The position numbers were made by a program, and so were the translations under genes. From Laetmonice hystrix (lineage: Eukaryota), in the NCBI GenBank assembly GCA_965235115.1, contig OZ249436.1, positions 39,186,001-39,250,000 on the forward strand: a stretch of DNA of 64,000 nt, written 5' to 3'. The notes below the pieces were generated by a model, which saw only the letters and a program-made list of their open reading frames with translations, ran no database searches and was not told the origin of the DNA. Each line of letters starts with the position of its first letter. Positions within the stretch are counted from its first letter, which is position 1. Positions 39,001 to 50,623 of this stretch are shown here, in pieces.

Positions 39001-39476
39001 ATGCACGACCAGCAATGTTTCACATATTGCTCACGAAATGGCAACACTTCTGCATGATTTGCATAGTGACGGGTTGTATCTTGGGCAGCTTTCCGCCCAT
39101 TCAGTCTCGTTAATGAAGGGAAAGGTAAGAAAGCCTCAAAATGGAAATTGTCTCTTGTGGAAGCCACAGATCTGAAACAGTCTACATCCTTTATTAACAT
39201 GAACAGAAATAGGCAGAATTGGATCATGTATAAGAAATGGAAATTGCAATAGGTTTCGTGGTTATTTGATGGTAATGGTATTAAAATCGGCAGAGCAGAA
39301 TTGTTTATTCCTGTGTCTCTCTGGTACAGAGCCCTTCTGTCGTCAGCATGCGAGGCTACCCCATGATGCACCAGCCAGACGGCGAAGGCCAGGCCATGGA
39401 CATGGAGGCATATGGGAAGTTAGTCAGTCGTATGCTGCGTGCTCACACAGTGGCTCACACCTTCACCAAGAAGTAA
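603..39476 (+). CDS. Giant GRL101/relaxin-receptor-like (type C LGR) GPCR, 29 exons, 5'-incomplete: 603-707,797-895,1047-1292,1551-1711,2067-2216,2306-2453,2546-2713,2837-3070,3272-3562,3696-3871,4012-4258,4446-4880,5089-5286,11909-11978,12181-12326,12682-12837,22562-22675,23244-23360,23499-23711,24018-24186,24458-24625,34071-34228,34458-34592,34850-34966,35104-36651,38475-38599,38701-38764,38931-39124,39330-39476
   Basis: Every exon has AG/GT boundaries and all 28 intron phases chain into one frame (6299 nt, TAA at 39474-39476). Domain motifs run across junctions, e.g. CTL YIG|LTD and TM6-TM7 INIMG|ALAL. No start codon or signal peptide in the window. Confidence 0.8.
3696..4880 (+). CDS. Exons encoding two CUB domains
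   Basis: [20 protein letters not shown] and [62 protein letters not shown]. Confidence 0.85.
5089..12326 (+). CDS. Exons (5089-5286, 11909-11978, 12181-12326) encoding a C-type lectin domain
   Basis: [65 protein letters not shown]. Confidence 0.85.
7480..9914 (+). mobile_element. Internally deleted PIF/Harbinger DNA transposon
   Basis: TIR GGGCCC(A/G)TTTCATAACT at both ends, CTG TSD at 7477-7479 and 9915-9917, and a transposase remnant inside. Confidence 0.85.
7852..7965 (+). pseudogene. Frameshifted C-terminal fragment of a Harbinger (HARBI1-like) DDE transposase
   Basis: [17 protein letters not shown] then (frameshift) [17 protein letters not shown], resembling the HARBI1-type RCLDGS.G.LQY.P...IILACCVLHN motif. 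Preceded by a CAG acceptor-like site. Confidence 0.75.
12682..34966 (+). CDS. Exons encoding LDLa repeats flanking a CASPR/neurexin-IV-like fibrinogen-related domain
   Basis: LDLa motifs [57 protein letters not shown], and GRL101-style [14 protein letters not shown]-like motifs [49 protein letters not shown]. Confidence 0.8.
14930..15498. mobile_element. Unclassified insertion within copy A
   Basis: Absent from copies B and C. Flanked by direct repeat GAGATGCAC (14921-14929, 15499-15507), TAG...CTA ends. Confidence 0.55.
15955..16027 (+). tRNA. tRNA-Thr(CGT), one D-stem mismatch
   Basis: 73-nt cloverleaf: acceptor GCCTCTA/TGGAGGC, D arm GCTC/GAAC, anticodon stem CTGGT/ACCAG with loop CTCGTAA, T arm GTGAG-TTCAATC-CTCAC. 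A T-run follows 5 nt downstream. Confidence 0.9.
17899..17971 (-). tRNA. tRNA-Thr(CGT), intact cloverleaf
   Basis: As copy A but with a fully paired D stem GCTC/GAGC. A box and B box are canonical, and a downstream oligo-T Pol III terminator is present. Confidence 0.93.
18354..19355. mobile_element. Kolobok-like MITE nested in copy B
   Basis: TTAA TSD at 18350-18353 and 19356-19359; single TTAA at the same site in copies A and C; homologous to 47108-47636. Confidence 0.8.
20508..21785 (+). mobile_element. MITE with CAGGGGCGCCGCTGCC TIR and 5-bp TSD (copy 1)
   Basis: 16-bp TIR; ACTTG at 20503-20507 and 21786-21790; second copy at 26251-27710. Confidence 0.85.
25315..25536. mobile_element. 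222-bp palindromic MITE with TGTCAC...GTGACA ends (Ginger-like)
   Basis: ~30-bp TIR; TGTA TSD at 25311-25314 and 25537-25540; single TGTA at the empty site in copy A (~14838). Confidence 0.8.
26079..26132 (+). pseudogene. Degenerate, 3'-truncated tRNA-Thr(CGT) in copy C
   Basis: Anticodon arm CTGGTCTCGTAAACCAG is retained, the D arm is mutated, and the sequence breaks off in the T arm. Confidence 0.8.
26251..27710 (+). mobile_element. MITE with CAGGGGCGCCGCTGCC TIR and 5-bp TSD (copy 2)
   Basis: TAGCT at 26246-26250 and 27711-27715; near-identical to 20508-21785. Confidence 0.85.
27802..31161. mobile_element. Putative TIR element with ~70-bp imperfect inverted ends
   Basis: TATTCGCCAGTTCGGATAG..GTTGACTTCCGGT versus ACCGGAAGTCAAC..CTACCCGAACTCGGGAATA; interrupts a copy of MITE X. 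Confidence 0.5.
33527..33645. repeat. Three tandem ~38-bp units
   Basis: ATTCAGACTTAGCCATCGGGGACTTCTCCCGAT-like unit repeated three times. Confidence 0.8.
35104..36651 (+). CDS. Large exon: LDLa, LRRNT, LRRs, hinge and TM1-TM6 of a rhodopsin-family LGR
   Basis: 545-aa ORF 35055-36692 contains [13 protein letters not shown], LxxLxLsxN repeats, hinge [16 protein letters not shown] (TM1), DLLMGIY (TM2), TVDRL (TM3) and TDFCCWVP (TM6). Confidence 0.95.
36909..38275. mobile_element. Academ-like non-autonomous element with long TIRs and internal 151-bp tandem repeat
   Basis: Ends TAGTCCAGTTGA/TCAACTGGACTA; TCA TSD at 36906-36908 and 38276-38278; ~200-bp inverted arms; about 4 units from 37068 to ~37675. 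Confidence 0.75.
38475..38599 (+). CDS. Exon encoding ECL3-TM7
   Basis: [35 protein letters not shown], containing NPxxY and the RXFP/GRL101-type LPLNSALNP motif. Confidence 0.92.
38931..39476 (+). CDS. Last two exons: cytoplasmic tail resembling a degenerate protein-kinase C-lobe
   Basis: [29 protein letters not shown] resembles helix E plus the catalytic loop. [13 protein letters not shown] resembles helix F. Confidence 0.55.
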
Positions 39477-41763
39477 ACACCATCAGGCAGATGAGACGGT
39501 TAACCTTCTTGCCAAATCAGACGTTGATGGAACGTTGATGGAACATGGAAGTCCTATGACGCCTTGGTTCCAGAAATGTGACCCGGAAGAGGATTTTAAC
39601 GCATGACTCCAACTTACAACGGCAATATCATTTCGCGTCTCTAGAAATCTATGTTAATTTCCACCCATTTCACTGATTTATTGATATTGTAGAGACAAAA
39701 GGCTTTGTTTTCAGTCAAGTAAATTGCTTCTGATAACATTGTCGTCTTTGGTCTAAGTCTCTGTTTTTCAAACTATCAGCTTTTATCGCTATCTATAAGG
39801 AAACTCTACATGAGGTCACCGATGAAGGATGCTTTTGAACTCTGGAAGGCTGGCTTGTTGACATTGAGATATTCATAAAGTTGGCCAAGCATAAACCACG
39901 TTACTACGTTTGCACCCAGTAGTTCACACCATGATCAAAACAAGCGATTTTGTAGTTTCTTGCACAGCCGGACGTCGTTGACCGCGCCACTTAAATCCTA
40001 TGAGTGCTGTTTTGGGAAATGTAAACCGAAACAGGAGAGGATTTCTAAGCGCGTTTTGAATGACTGGTGACTCACCTTCCTCTTGACTTATGTACAGTTT
40101 ATTTATGAAATAAATCCACATCTTTATGGGTGTTGTAGAAGCAATACTGTTTTTGGGTTAATGAGTGAACCTTCAATTCGTAAAGCCGGCTAATATACAC
40201 AAGGCAACTTTTGTTGCGAGATATGTCTCCTCGAATTAGCGACGATTTCTGTTGGCTTTCCACACGTGTATCACCCCACTGGTCACTTTCACTTTTTACT
40301 TTCAGTAGCCTCGGGCACCAATTTTCAGTCGGGATTGGCTTTAGTTATCGCGGGACAGGACCAAAGAAAACTTCTAAAATCTACGAAAGCACGGATTGAG
40401 TTCCATCTTGAAAGAAAGGGGCGAGGTCCATTGCCCTGCTACACCTCAGAGACCTTTTTAGGGCGGTGGTGGAAAATGGTTGTTCTGTGGGTTTAATAGC
40501 CGAAAGGGCGGGGTTGGGTATACTAGTAGGCCGAAAGTCATGGAACACGAAGGGTTAGTTTTCACCAGATTATAAACGATTTCACATAATCTCGCCGTGG
40601 GGACAGGGCGGTCGTCTAGGCTTGAACCTAGCGGGAGGACGTGTAAGCTATGTGGCATTCGGCCCCAAACGGAGGTCCACTTGTTGGATCTAGGAATAAG
40701 GCACAAAGAAAAGAAAGAAAAAGAAAGGGGGCCAGAAATAGCCTTAAAGGGAGGGAAAACCCCACACGGCAAACAACACGGCAAATACACGTTAATTACT
40801 TTATCCGTAATTGTGGCATTTATTGCCCTGAGGTAAATGCTGGTGTTTCATTTGGTCTACGAAACCTTATTTGCCGCGAGGTTTTTCCCTCCCTTTAAGT
40901 AGCATTTTCAAAATATTTATAGTTGGGGTTCGGCCGGAGTTCCCCTCTCCTGGTGTCGAGCTCAAACTACTATGATTGTTCTCTCATTCAGTGTACGAAC
41001 CCATCAAAAATAAACGATTAGTCAACTATATTTCTGGGAGAGGGGGCTGCGACTACGTTTTGGTTCAGGTTCATAAGGGAATGGACAGTGGAGCGGACCG
41101 CAGCACATGTTGGACCCCCCCCCCCCCCGGCCCCTTATTTTCACTTTGGTTATGTAATAAACAGGCCGGAGTTGTCCTCTCCTGGCGTCGAGTCCAAGCT
41201 ATACTATGATTGTTTTCGTCTCATTCAGTGTACAAACCCATCAAAATATAGCTTCTAATCCTAGTTAACAAAGATCATCATACTGCAGTACTGCAACAAC
41301 AGTGTGTCTTAACATATAATAGGTTGCTATGGGTGACAGGTAAGTGTTTTATTTTCGAAGTTACATACGATGTATGTTTTAAGCATGCTGACAACATATA
41401 ATCAACATTTAACCAATTATATAACTATGTTACATTATATATTGATGTGAGGATAAGGAAAGCCATGTATAATTATATAATCATATCTAAATAACAAAAC
41501 ATATACTCAGATGCAGATAATGAAACAACATATAACCTAGCAGTAGCAGTAAAAATGTGTACCCAGTAGTAGTGGGGGCTGGGTTTAGTAGTTGTACTAA
41601 GAAGAGCCATGATTGCCATGACAATGGAGAGGGGTAGATATGGGGCCTGGGAGTGACGCTAGGACACGTAGTAATCAATGTAAGTAGTAACCCTATATGT
41701 AAGCACCCCCGCACCATGAGGTAAAACAAAAGCTGGGGAAGAGATTGCACCTCCCTTACCTTG

Positions 41764-41878
41764 AGAGCTCAGTGACACTACAGTGGCACTTTTTTCTCCT
41801 AAAACCAGTGTCGATTCCTAAGAGCTCAGTGACACTACAGTGGCACTTTTATCTCCTAAAACCAGTGTCGATTCCTAA
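41764..41878. repeat. Tandem duplication of ~57 bp
   Basis: AGAGCTCAGTGACACTACAGTGGCAC...GTCGATTCCTA occurs twice. Confidence 0.85.
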
Positions 41879-43400
41879 TGTATTTTTATGTATGATACGT
41901 AGACCCACATAGAAGTCTATCATTAGGGTCTTTTCCTATATAACCCCCACACTTTGAGACCCTACTATACTGGACTATACTGGAGTGTTGCATAAAAGAG
42001 AGGTTGCAAATAGTGGATTATACTGGAACTCTACCGGAAATATACTTAGACTATACGTGGATTACCCTTGGATCACCATTGGACATAAGGACATACGATC
42101 ACACTCGGTGACTTTATACAACCCCAACCGATTGTACCAAGATTACACTGTGCCAGCACTGAGCTGTCTGGAGTATTTTTGTACCATCTTCCGGAAAATA
42201 TAATCCTCGGTTATCCTCCACTGAGGAGGTTGTGAACCCAACTGCCTGAGTTACTTTATTTGTGACAATGACAATTACCAACCCTCATTAGCCGGCTTCG
42301 TTACAGTGGGCAATGTGCTTTAGGATGATACACGTCAAATAAATCATTCAAAATGGATGCTTGGTGGCCATCTTGGATATAAAGTCATTTGGAACAATAA
42401 CCCTGACTACAAAATTGCCTGGATTTCTTTCAAACTTGGTGACACGAGAAGGCACATAAGGGGCAACAAGCATGCCAATATATTTTGTGTTCAGATTAAC
42501 TATAAGTGAACAACCAGATTCTATAAACTACGGTTAGGACGACAGTTATCAAGTTTCATTTATCACTATTTTCGTTTACAGTGAGTGACCTTGTGAGGTC
42601 AATTCAAGGTCTGGACATTTCTTTGTGACTCATGTATCATGAATGTTCTCACATGGACTGTATCTGAAAAATACAAAGTATGTATAGTTCCTGGACCTAC
42701 CGATAATAAGTCGATGTTGCCAAACTGCAAAAAAATTATGTGAGTATGGCGAGCACCGGAGGTGCGAAGTCATACTAGAGGGTCTGGGGTCATGTTAATT
42801 ACCCCAGAAAAATCTTATGTTGGGGGTTATTATTTGGGTAAAAATTCTAAATCTTATGTAAAAAATGATGCATTCTGTGCCTTTTGGGGGTTGATATTGA
42901 GTATCACCCGTGAGCCATGAGTTCATGGGCTCTGCCATCAAAATCCGTAAGGGTCACGGAAATTCCGTGAGAGTTGGCAACACTGATACCCATTTGGGAG
43001 ATGTGACTTAGACGGGGTCTTGATGTCTATAACTAAAGTGTATGGAGTGTCTGGGTAATGGTCATGCTCTGTTATCACCATCGGGAAATACCACTCTTGT
43101 CTCGTGGGGGGATTAAACCTGATACAGAAACCTCATGACCTGCCACACAGTAGCAAGAAATAAACATTTGGTAAATACATACACAAGCTTGGAACTTTGT
43201 GCATTTGAATTTTGTTCAGTATAATGTCAGTGATGAGTACAGTACATGTAAGTGATGAGTACAGTACATTTCAGCGTTCAAAGATTCATAAACATAAATT
43301 GTATGCCACTTTGACACATTTGCGAGCGTTTAAGGTAAAAATGACATTCTAAACAGAAATAATTATTGTATGCCACTGTTACACATTCGGGAGCGTTTAA

Positions 43401-43739
43401 AGGTGCTATTCGTCTCGCACAGAATGGCATTTCTCCTATCATACATTGTGCACATAGTACTAGAAAGAATTCCTACCGATACCATTGGCCTGATAAACCT
43501 TCTATTAGTTTGTGTGCAGCATTTGAAACCTATCTCGGTGCGCACCGAGATAGAGCCATTTCCTATGGTGGGGCGTGTCAGGGTCTCCACAGGCCTTCTG
43601 AGAGAGCCCCATTTGTGCCGTTATCCATGAACAATTTTGATTTCTTTGTTGTGAATCTATTTCCATGATATGTGGGATCACATAAACGTCAACAAAATAA
43701 AAAATGAAAAAATTGAACTTTTTTTCACGAATAGCACCT
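43401..43739. mobile_element. Kolobok-like MITE
   Basis: TIR AGGTGCTATTCGT with TTAA on both sides, inserted in a short degenerate tandem array. Confidence 0.75.
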
Positions 43740-44106
43740 TTAAGGTAAAAAGGACTTTCAAACATTCATAAACAGCAATTATTGTATGCCACTTTTACAC
43801 ATTTGGCAGCGTTTAAGGTAAAAAGGACTTTCAAACAGCAATTGTATGTGTGATCTAACGTTACTAAAGAATAGAATGGCTACCGTTATATGCGGAGATT
43901 TACTCTACTAAGACGTAAATATACCCAGAGCAAATGAGTCACAGTAAAAGAGCGGCATCCGGTAAAACGGGGCAGGGAGGGACCATAATGCATAGTTGAA
44001 AAAAAGCTTTGTCAGGAAAGCTTATTATGAAAAAAAGAGAACAATCAGCGTCACAACGCACCATATCCGTCCTCTTGGAAGGCTGCCAAAACCATGCCCC
44101 CCCCCC

Positions 44107-44370
44107 TCACAGTGAGGTACGGTTTATGTATACAACCTGCACCCCATCGACCGGTTCACTCATTGTTTTGAAACCAGAAGGTGTCACCATACAATTTGCG
44201 CTGACAATTCCTGACACCTGTTTCCAGTGGTAGGTTTCCTTGGCCACAGCCTCCAACCGTTGGAAATCAGCGTCTCCGAGCTGTCGTACCATCTGGTGGA
44301 AGAATCCTGAACTATCCTGGAGGAGGACATAAGGATGGTTGTACTCCACTGCCTCTCCACAGTCAAGGAC
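44107..44370 (-). CDS. Terminal exon of an ABCC4/MRP-like ABC transporter
   Basis: Acceptor ttccag, then VLDCGEAVEYNHPYVLLQDSSGFFHQMVRQLG.., resembling the ABCC4 C-terminus. Ends in a class I PDZ-type motif (RTSL*). Confidence 0.85.
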   Translation of the reverse strand, partial: VLDCGEAVEYNHPYVLLQDSSGFFHQMVRQLGDADFQRLEAVAKETYHWKQVSGIVSANCMVTPSGFKTMSEPVDGVQVVYINRTSL

Positions 44371-44639
44371 CTGGAATGACAGTATGATAGACATACAGTT
44401 TTTGAGTGAGTGAGTGAGTAGTGGTGGTTTTCCGCCGTGTCGGCATCTGGGGCCATCTTCACGGCGAAAACAGGGTTAAAAGACGGGAATATCATTGAAA
44501 CAGATTGCATCCTGTCAGCCCAACCGGGCTATCGACGAGCCTGAAATATAATAAAGAGTCAGAATTCCAGCTTTTGACAAAAACTCTAAAATCACTCCTG
44601 TCTGACATTGTTAAAAAGATCCTTAAGACTTGTCTCACA

Positions 44640-47600
44640 TTAAAACAGTTGTCTCATCAGAGTAAAATCACCACACTCAAGTAAAAGATGCTTCAGTGTC
44701 AAAGGACATTGACAGCCATGACATTCTGGAGGTGGCTCCCCCTTCAATAAAAACACATGAGTTAATCTGGAATGACCAACTCTGCATCGAGTAAAAACAA
44801 TTTCATGCCTACGTTGGGTTAGGCCGTGACGGTACCTTTGGTTCACGACGGGACTGATCTGATACAATTTATTGTTTGGTTGTTCATCCCATTCAGCCTG
44901 CCATTTGTTCCTAACATAAGCCCAGATGCCAGGTCTGAGATCAGAGGCAGGGATTGGACACAGTTCGACGTCTGTTTCAAGAGCCCTCTTGGCAGTTTTG
45001 TCAGCTTGCTCATTGCCCGGGATGCCAACATGACCAGGCACCCAGCAAAATTGAATATCAAAGTTTGCATTGGCAAGCACTGCCAACTTGGACAAGATTT
45101 GAACGATCACTGGGTGATCTGTGTTCAAGTTAGCAAGTGCTTGCAGACAGGATAAGGAATCCGAGAAAATGAGGAAGTCCTTTTCACTAGAAACTTCAAT
45201 ATTTTGAAGGACAAGAAGCAGGGCCCGGGCCTCTGCTGAGAAAATAGAGCTTTGCCCTGAGATGCGGGTGCCGAAGTTGTGCTTGCCATGAACTGCTGCT
45301 GCAGACACATCATTGCCATCCTTTGAGCCATCGGTATAGAAGGCATAATGTGACGGATACCTTGCCTGGACGTCAAGAAAATGTTCAAAATATGTCAGCG
45401 GATGAGTCTCTGACTTCTTCAGTTGAGCCAACTGAAGAATGACGTTAGGCTTTTCCAGGTCCCAAGGAGGAATGTTGCAGAAATGTGTCTGCCCCAGGAC
45501 GTTCAGATCAACATCCAGTTCCTCTAGATGAGGTTTCACCCTCAGTCCAAAAGGACGTATGCACGTTTCCTTTCGTTCATATAAATGTTGGAACTGAGGA
45601 TGAAAAACGCAATTGTAAGCTGGATTTGAACTGTTTGTCCCGAGCTTGACTGCATACTGCAGAGCCAGCTTCAGACGCCTGTTGTAAAGCGAGGGCTCTC
45701 TGGCCTCCACATAGAGGCTCTGAACAGGAGACGTTCTAAAAGTCCCAAGTGAAAGCCGCAAACCCTGGTGGTGAACCGTGTCCAAAAGCCGTATGTAGGA
45801 CTTACAAGCAGAACCATAAACTATGCTGCCATAATCGAGCTTCTAACGGATTAAAGCTGTCTACAGTTGTAAAAGGACTGTACTGTCCGCACCCCAGTTT
45901 GTACCAGATAGAACTTTGAGAACATCCAGAGCCTTAAGGCATCTGGATTTGAGTGATTTAATGTGAGGAATAAAAGACAGCTTGCTGTCAAAAGTGAGTC
46001 CCAGAAACTTTGTCTCTTTAACAACCTTGATAGGATCTCCATCCATTGTTAACTCAGGGTCAAGGTGGAAGCACGCAGTTTGCAGAAATGCATGCAGACC
46101 GTTTTAGATTTTGAAAATTTAAAACCATTTTCCACCGACCAAGTGTGGGTTCTGTTGAGACAGAGATGGAGCTGCCTCTCAATGGCATTCATGTTTTTGC
46201 CTCTGCAGCAGACGTCAAAGTCATCGACGAACAGGCTGCAGGGCATGCCAGTTTTAACCGAGTTAACAATGCTGTTGATCTTAATACTAAAAAGGGTAAC
46301 AGACAAAATGCTTCCATGAGGCACACCTAATTCTTGGTCGTGCAAGTCAGACAGGGTCGTGCCTACTCTGACTTGAAAATGTCTGTTGGATAAAAACTGA
46401 GATATGAAAAGGGGCAAATGCCCCCCAAAAACCCATATCATGTAAATCTTTCAAAATGCCATACTTCCATGTTGTGTCGTATGCCTTTTCAAGGTCGAAA
46501 AAGACGGCAACAACATGTTCACGGTTGATAAAATATCTCGGATGTATGTCTCGAGTCTGATTAGATGATCGAGAGTCCTTCTCCCTCGCCGGAAGCCACA
46601 CTGAAACTCGGTTATGAGCTGCTCAGACTCCAGCTTCCAGACGAGGCGATCATTAATCATTCTCTCCATGGTTTTGCACAAGCAACTTGTTGAGGCTATT
46701 GGTCTGTAGTTGTTAGCTTCACTATGGTCTTTTCCTGGTTTTGGGATGGGGATGATTATTGCTTTTTGCCAGGAAACAGGCACATTACCAGATATCCAGA
46801 AAATGTGAAGAAGGATGAGAAGGGTGGTATCAGGTAAATGTTTTAAAAATTGGTAATGTATTTTGTCAGGTCCAACTGCAGTGTCGTGTGATTTTTTAAG
46901 AGAGCATTTGAGTTCTTCAATAGAGAAGAGTAGGTTGTACTCTTCTCTGTTGTCAGAATGGAAGTTTAGTTTTTGTATCTCTTTTTGAGCACGAATGGCT
47001 TGGAATTGAGGGAGGCAGTTCCTGGAGGAGGAGTTTGTTTCAAAGGTTTTAGCCAGTTTATTCGCTATTTCATCTGTGGTGGTTAGTAGGGTGTCTTGAT
47101 GTTTTAAAGGGGCATATTATGAGGAAACGTTAAAAATCGGTATTTCATAGAACTTTTGCTGTTTTCATAAAGAGATCCTTCATTAAAATTGCTTAGTAAA
47201 CAAAGACAGACTTATCAGTTTCATTTTGCGTGAGAAATCGAAGTTTATTAAGCTCCCTTGCCCGCTTCTCTGCCGATTTCGTAAAATATTTTTTGGGTGG
47301 CATTCCGATGCCGGGCGATTGAGTGCCACTGCTGAATTGTTTACAACTAAGCAAAGCACGTGACTAAGCACATGCAGAGCGTGTGCACACACAGGATGTG
47401 ACACAGTATGCAATTACACGGGTTGATGGGAGGTTGCTACCAAATTATGGTGGGAGATGTGCTATCGGGAGAAATCTATAGGTTTGGTCGTATAGAACCT
47501 ACTTGTGCTGCATACGCAGCGAAAACACGTCGGAGGACAAAATCCTGTGGTAGGATTATTTACTTGGATGCCTAGTACACGGTCATGTTGGATAATTGCC

Positions 47601-48756
47601 GGAAATCCTCAAAAACGTGTTTCATAGTATGCCCCTTTAAGTGTTGGACTCCAGAACCACCTCCCTTGCCTTTAAGTTTCCGTATCATAATCCATACATT
47701 TTTGATAGGAGTACGAGAGGTCAGGCTGGAGACGTAGTCTCTCCAGCTCTGCCTCCGTCTCTCTTTGCAGATACGGCGTGACCTTGCTCTCATAATTTTA
47801 AAATTGGTAAGGTTCACTGCAGTTGGATGCCTGTTGAAAAGGCGTTCTGCTTTCTTCCGGTCTTTAATTGCCTGCTTGCAGTCTTTATTAAACCATGGAT
47901 TTGAGACATGTTTAGGAATTGTCGAGGTTTTAGGAACTGTCCTGTCTGCAATGGAGATTAAAAGCGAGGTAAAATCATCCATTGCTTCAGGGTCGTTAAT
48001 GGTGTCTACTGTGAATTCCTCCCGACAGAGGGTCTGGAAGGAGTGCCAGTCGGCTTTCTTAAGCTGCCACCGTTGTTGCTTTTCTCCTATGTTGGGTCCT
48101 TTGTATGTAAGGATGGTGGGAAAGTGGTCACTCCCGCAAAGGTCATCCCAGACCCTCCAGGAAAAATCCAGCAGCAGATCTAGTTCAGCTATTGCAAGGT
48201 CAATGGCTGTATAAGTGCCATGACCGGGATGTAAGTATGTGTTTGAACCATCATTAAAAATGCATAGAGCATGATTATCAATGAACTCTTCAATCCTCTT
48301 GCCCTTGCCATCAGTTGTGGTGCCACCCCATAAGGGATTGTCGACATTAAAATCTCCCAAAAGGAGATACGGAGTTGGCAGTTGACCCACTAAATCATTA
48401 AGATCCTGGTGGGCCAAGTTACTGTTTGGGGGAATGTATATGGAGCAGACAGTGATGGCTTTATGTAGAGTTAGGCGTATGGCTATTGCTTGTAATGGTG
48501 TGTCTATTGTAACAGGGCTATGGATGAAGTCTTGTCGAACCAGAATGGCAGTGCCGCCAGCAGCACGGTCACCATCTGGTGCAAACCCAAGGAAAGTCTG
48601 ATAGCCCTTAAATGAGACTTTGTCTCGGGCAGTAAGAAATGTTTCTTGTAGACAAAGGGCAAGAGGATCAAGGTTTTCTGCTAAAAGTCTGAGCTCATTA
48701 AAATTGGCTCTAAAACCTCGACAATTCCATTGAAGGAAGCATTTGCCTGCCATCAA
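44640..48756 (-). pseudogene. LINE ORF2 (APE endonuclease, RT, RNase H, CCHC), frameshifted and interrupted
   Basis: QWNCRG, LQET, GDFN, SDHFP; YRPIA, FFDLEKAYD, GVPHGSILS, FVDD; YTDGSK, FSDS, WVPGHVGIPGNE.AD. Confidence 0.92.
47108..47636. mobile_element. Kolobok-like MITE inserted in LINE ORF2
   Basis: TIR AGGGGCATA(T/C)TATGA; TTAA at 47104-47107 and 47637-47640. Confidence 0.85.
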
Positions 48757-48971
48757 GGTGGTTTAACAGGCAAACGCCCCCTAGATTTTATTTTGGGGGA
48801 AAGGCTGCGACTACGACAAGTCGTAGCATCAGCCATTTCAACATCTTGAAGATGCTGAAATTTGTTTGTAAGTGCTATTGCACTATTGTTGGAGGCTGCC
48901 TTGGGCAGCCGATCTGTCATTATTTTCTTTTTTGGTTGATCTTTTTTGGTAGATGGCTCTTTTGTACTCGG

Positions 48972-50048
48972 TTAATCTTTTTTCGGAGATGGTTCTTTGG
49001 TACTCGGCCCGGCCTGTGGAGGAGGAACCGAGGTTGTCTGGCTCTGTGTTGAGGCGGCTTTTCTAGGTGGCTGACTCGAGACGGCTTTCTTAGGTGGTTC
49101 ATTTGTGCTGTCAGCGGGATCAGGGTAGGTCACGGGTTTATCCCCCTTGACCCACACCATCTCCGTTTGACAAGCGAAAGTCCGTGTGGTAGGCTTAACA
49201 GCGGCAGCATAGGTTTTAACTGTTGGTGGAAGCATATATTGCTCCACCAACTTTCGTGCCTCAGGGAAACTAAGTTTTCTTTCTGTTTTAACCTTTAGGA
49301 TTTCTTTCTCCTTCTTCCACACGGAACATTCGCGTGAAACATTAGAATGACCCTGACCGAAGTTGGCGCATTTGGCGGGTTTTTCACAGCCAGTACGGTC
49401 ATGGCCTGTGTCAGCGCACTGAGAACATTTTTGTTCATTTCTACATGAGTCGGTCCCATGCCCAAACCTCTGGCACTTAAAGCAACGCAGAGGATTTGGG
49501 ATGTAGGGATCAACTTTTACCTTTAGAAAGCCAATCTCGAGTTCATCTGGTAGAGTGGGCTTGTCGAATGTCAGAAAATATGTGTGTGTCTTGATGGTGT
49601 TGCCATCTCGTTTCACTATCAATCTTCTGACTTCCGACACACCTTGCCAGCTCAACCCAGCAAGGATCTCCTGTTCAGTTGTCGTGTCAAGAGAGTTTGT
49701 TCTAATAACACCCTTGCTGGAGTTGAGCGTCCGGTGACGAGAGGCCTTAATACTGTAACCTGCCAGTACTGTGGCACTCAGCAGGTTTGCAGATTGGGCC
49801 TTCGTGGCACACTCTACCAACAGTTGGCCAGACCTCAAACGTTTACAATCTTTGACTGTTCCAGCTATCCCCAATATGCCTTTATGTATGGCAAAAGGGG
49901 ATAGCTTAGATATTGGTCGTTCAGCTTCTGCCGATTCAACAATGATGAAACGGGGCCATTCCGTCAAGTGTTCATTCCCCATAGACCGGTCCGAGTCAGA
50001 GTCCGTTAGTTTCAGTAGTTTTCTTTTGGGGGGATTGTTTGATGCCAT
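48972..50048 (-). CDS. LINE ORF1, gag-like nucleic-acid-binding protein with three zinc knuckles
   Basis: YIPNPLRCFKCQRFGH....C, CSQC...GH....C, and a degenerate third knuckle CANF...H......C. Confidence 0.85.
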   Translation of the reverse strand: MASNNPPKRKLLKLTDSDSDRSMGNEHLTEWPRFIIVESAEAERPISKLSPFAIHKGILGIAGTVKDCKRLRSGQLLVECATKAQSANLLSATVLAGYSIKASRHRTLNSSKGVIRTNSLDTTTEQEILAGLSWQGVSEVRRLIVKRDGNTIKTHTYFLTFDKPTLPDELEIGFLKVKVDPYIPNPLRCFKCQRFGHGTDSCRNEQKCSQCADTGHDRTGCEKPAKCANFGQGHSNVSRECSVWKKEKEILKVKTERKLSFPEARKLVEQYMLPPTVKTYAAAVKPTTRTFACQTEMVWVKGDKPVTYPDPADSTNEPPKKAVSSQPPRKAASTQSQTTSVPPPQAGPSTKEPSPKKD

Positions 50049-50326
50049 GTTTGTGTTAGATTGTTTCACCAACCCTATTCCCCATCCTCCACGGAGCCCA
50101 ACAAGGGGAAGTGCAGAGCTGCGGTAACCAGCAGTTGCAAACCAAGGATATAGGGTTGGTATACTCAAGCAATGGAACGAAAGAGGGTGTTGCCATTGTT
50201 ACACTATTGATATTAAGTGCACATGTACCGGAAGATGCACGGAGAGGAGGCGCGGGGAGGGGTGAGGAAAAATACAAGTGGCAAACATTAATCAAAGAGT
50301 CGGTGTTTTGTTGCGTATATTATCAA

Positions 50327-50338
50327 TGGTAGCAGAGC
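50327..50338 (+). promoter_or_regulatory. Primer-binding site for initiator tRNA-Met
   Basis: TGGTAGCAGAGC one base after the 5' LTR. Confidence 0.8.
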
Positions 50339-50623
50339 GTGGTTGCCCGGACAGCATGGGTCATCAGAGTGAGCGACAACTTAGGCGTATGACGGTACCA
50401 GTTAGCGGAGGCGGATTATCCCGCAATTAGGTCGTAGACGATAGCCAGCTGCGGGCGGCAGCCATGAGGACGGGGTCTAGTCGGTTGCACGTGTTGATGC
50501 GTGGGGGACACGCCGGCAATAGTGAACATTCACCGAGTGACAGTGGTATGTGAATTGAGTGCTTACAGCGATACAGTGTGGACATTAGTCAGTGACTATT
50601 GAGTACATAGCAATCAGGTTCAG

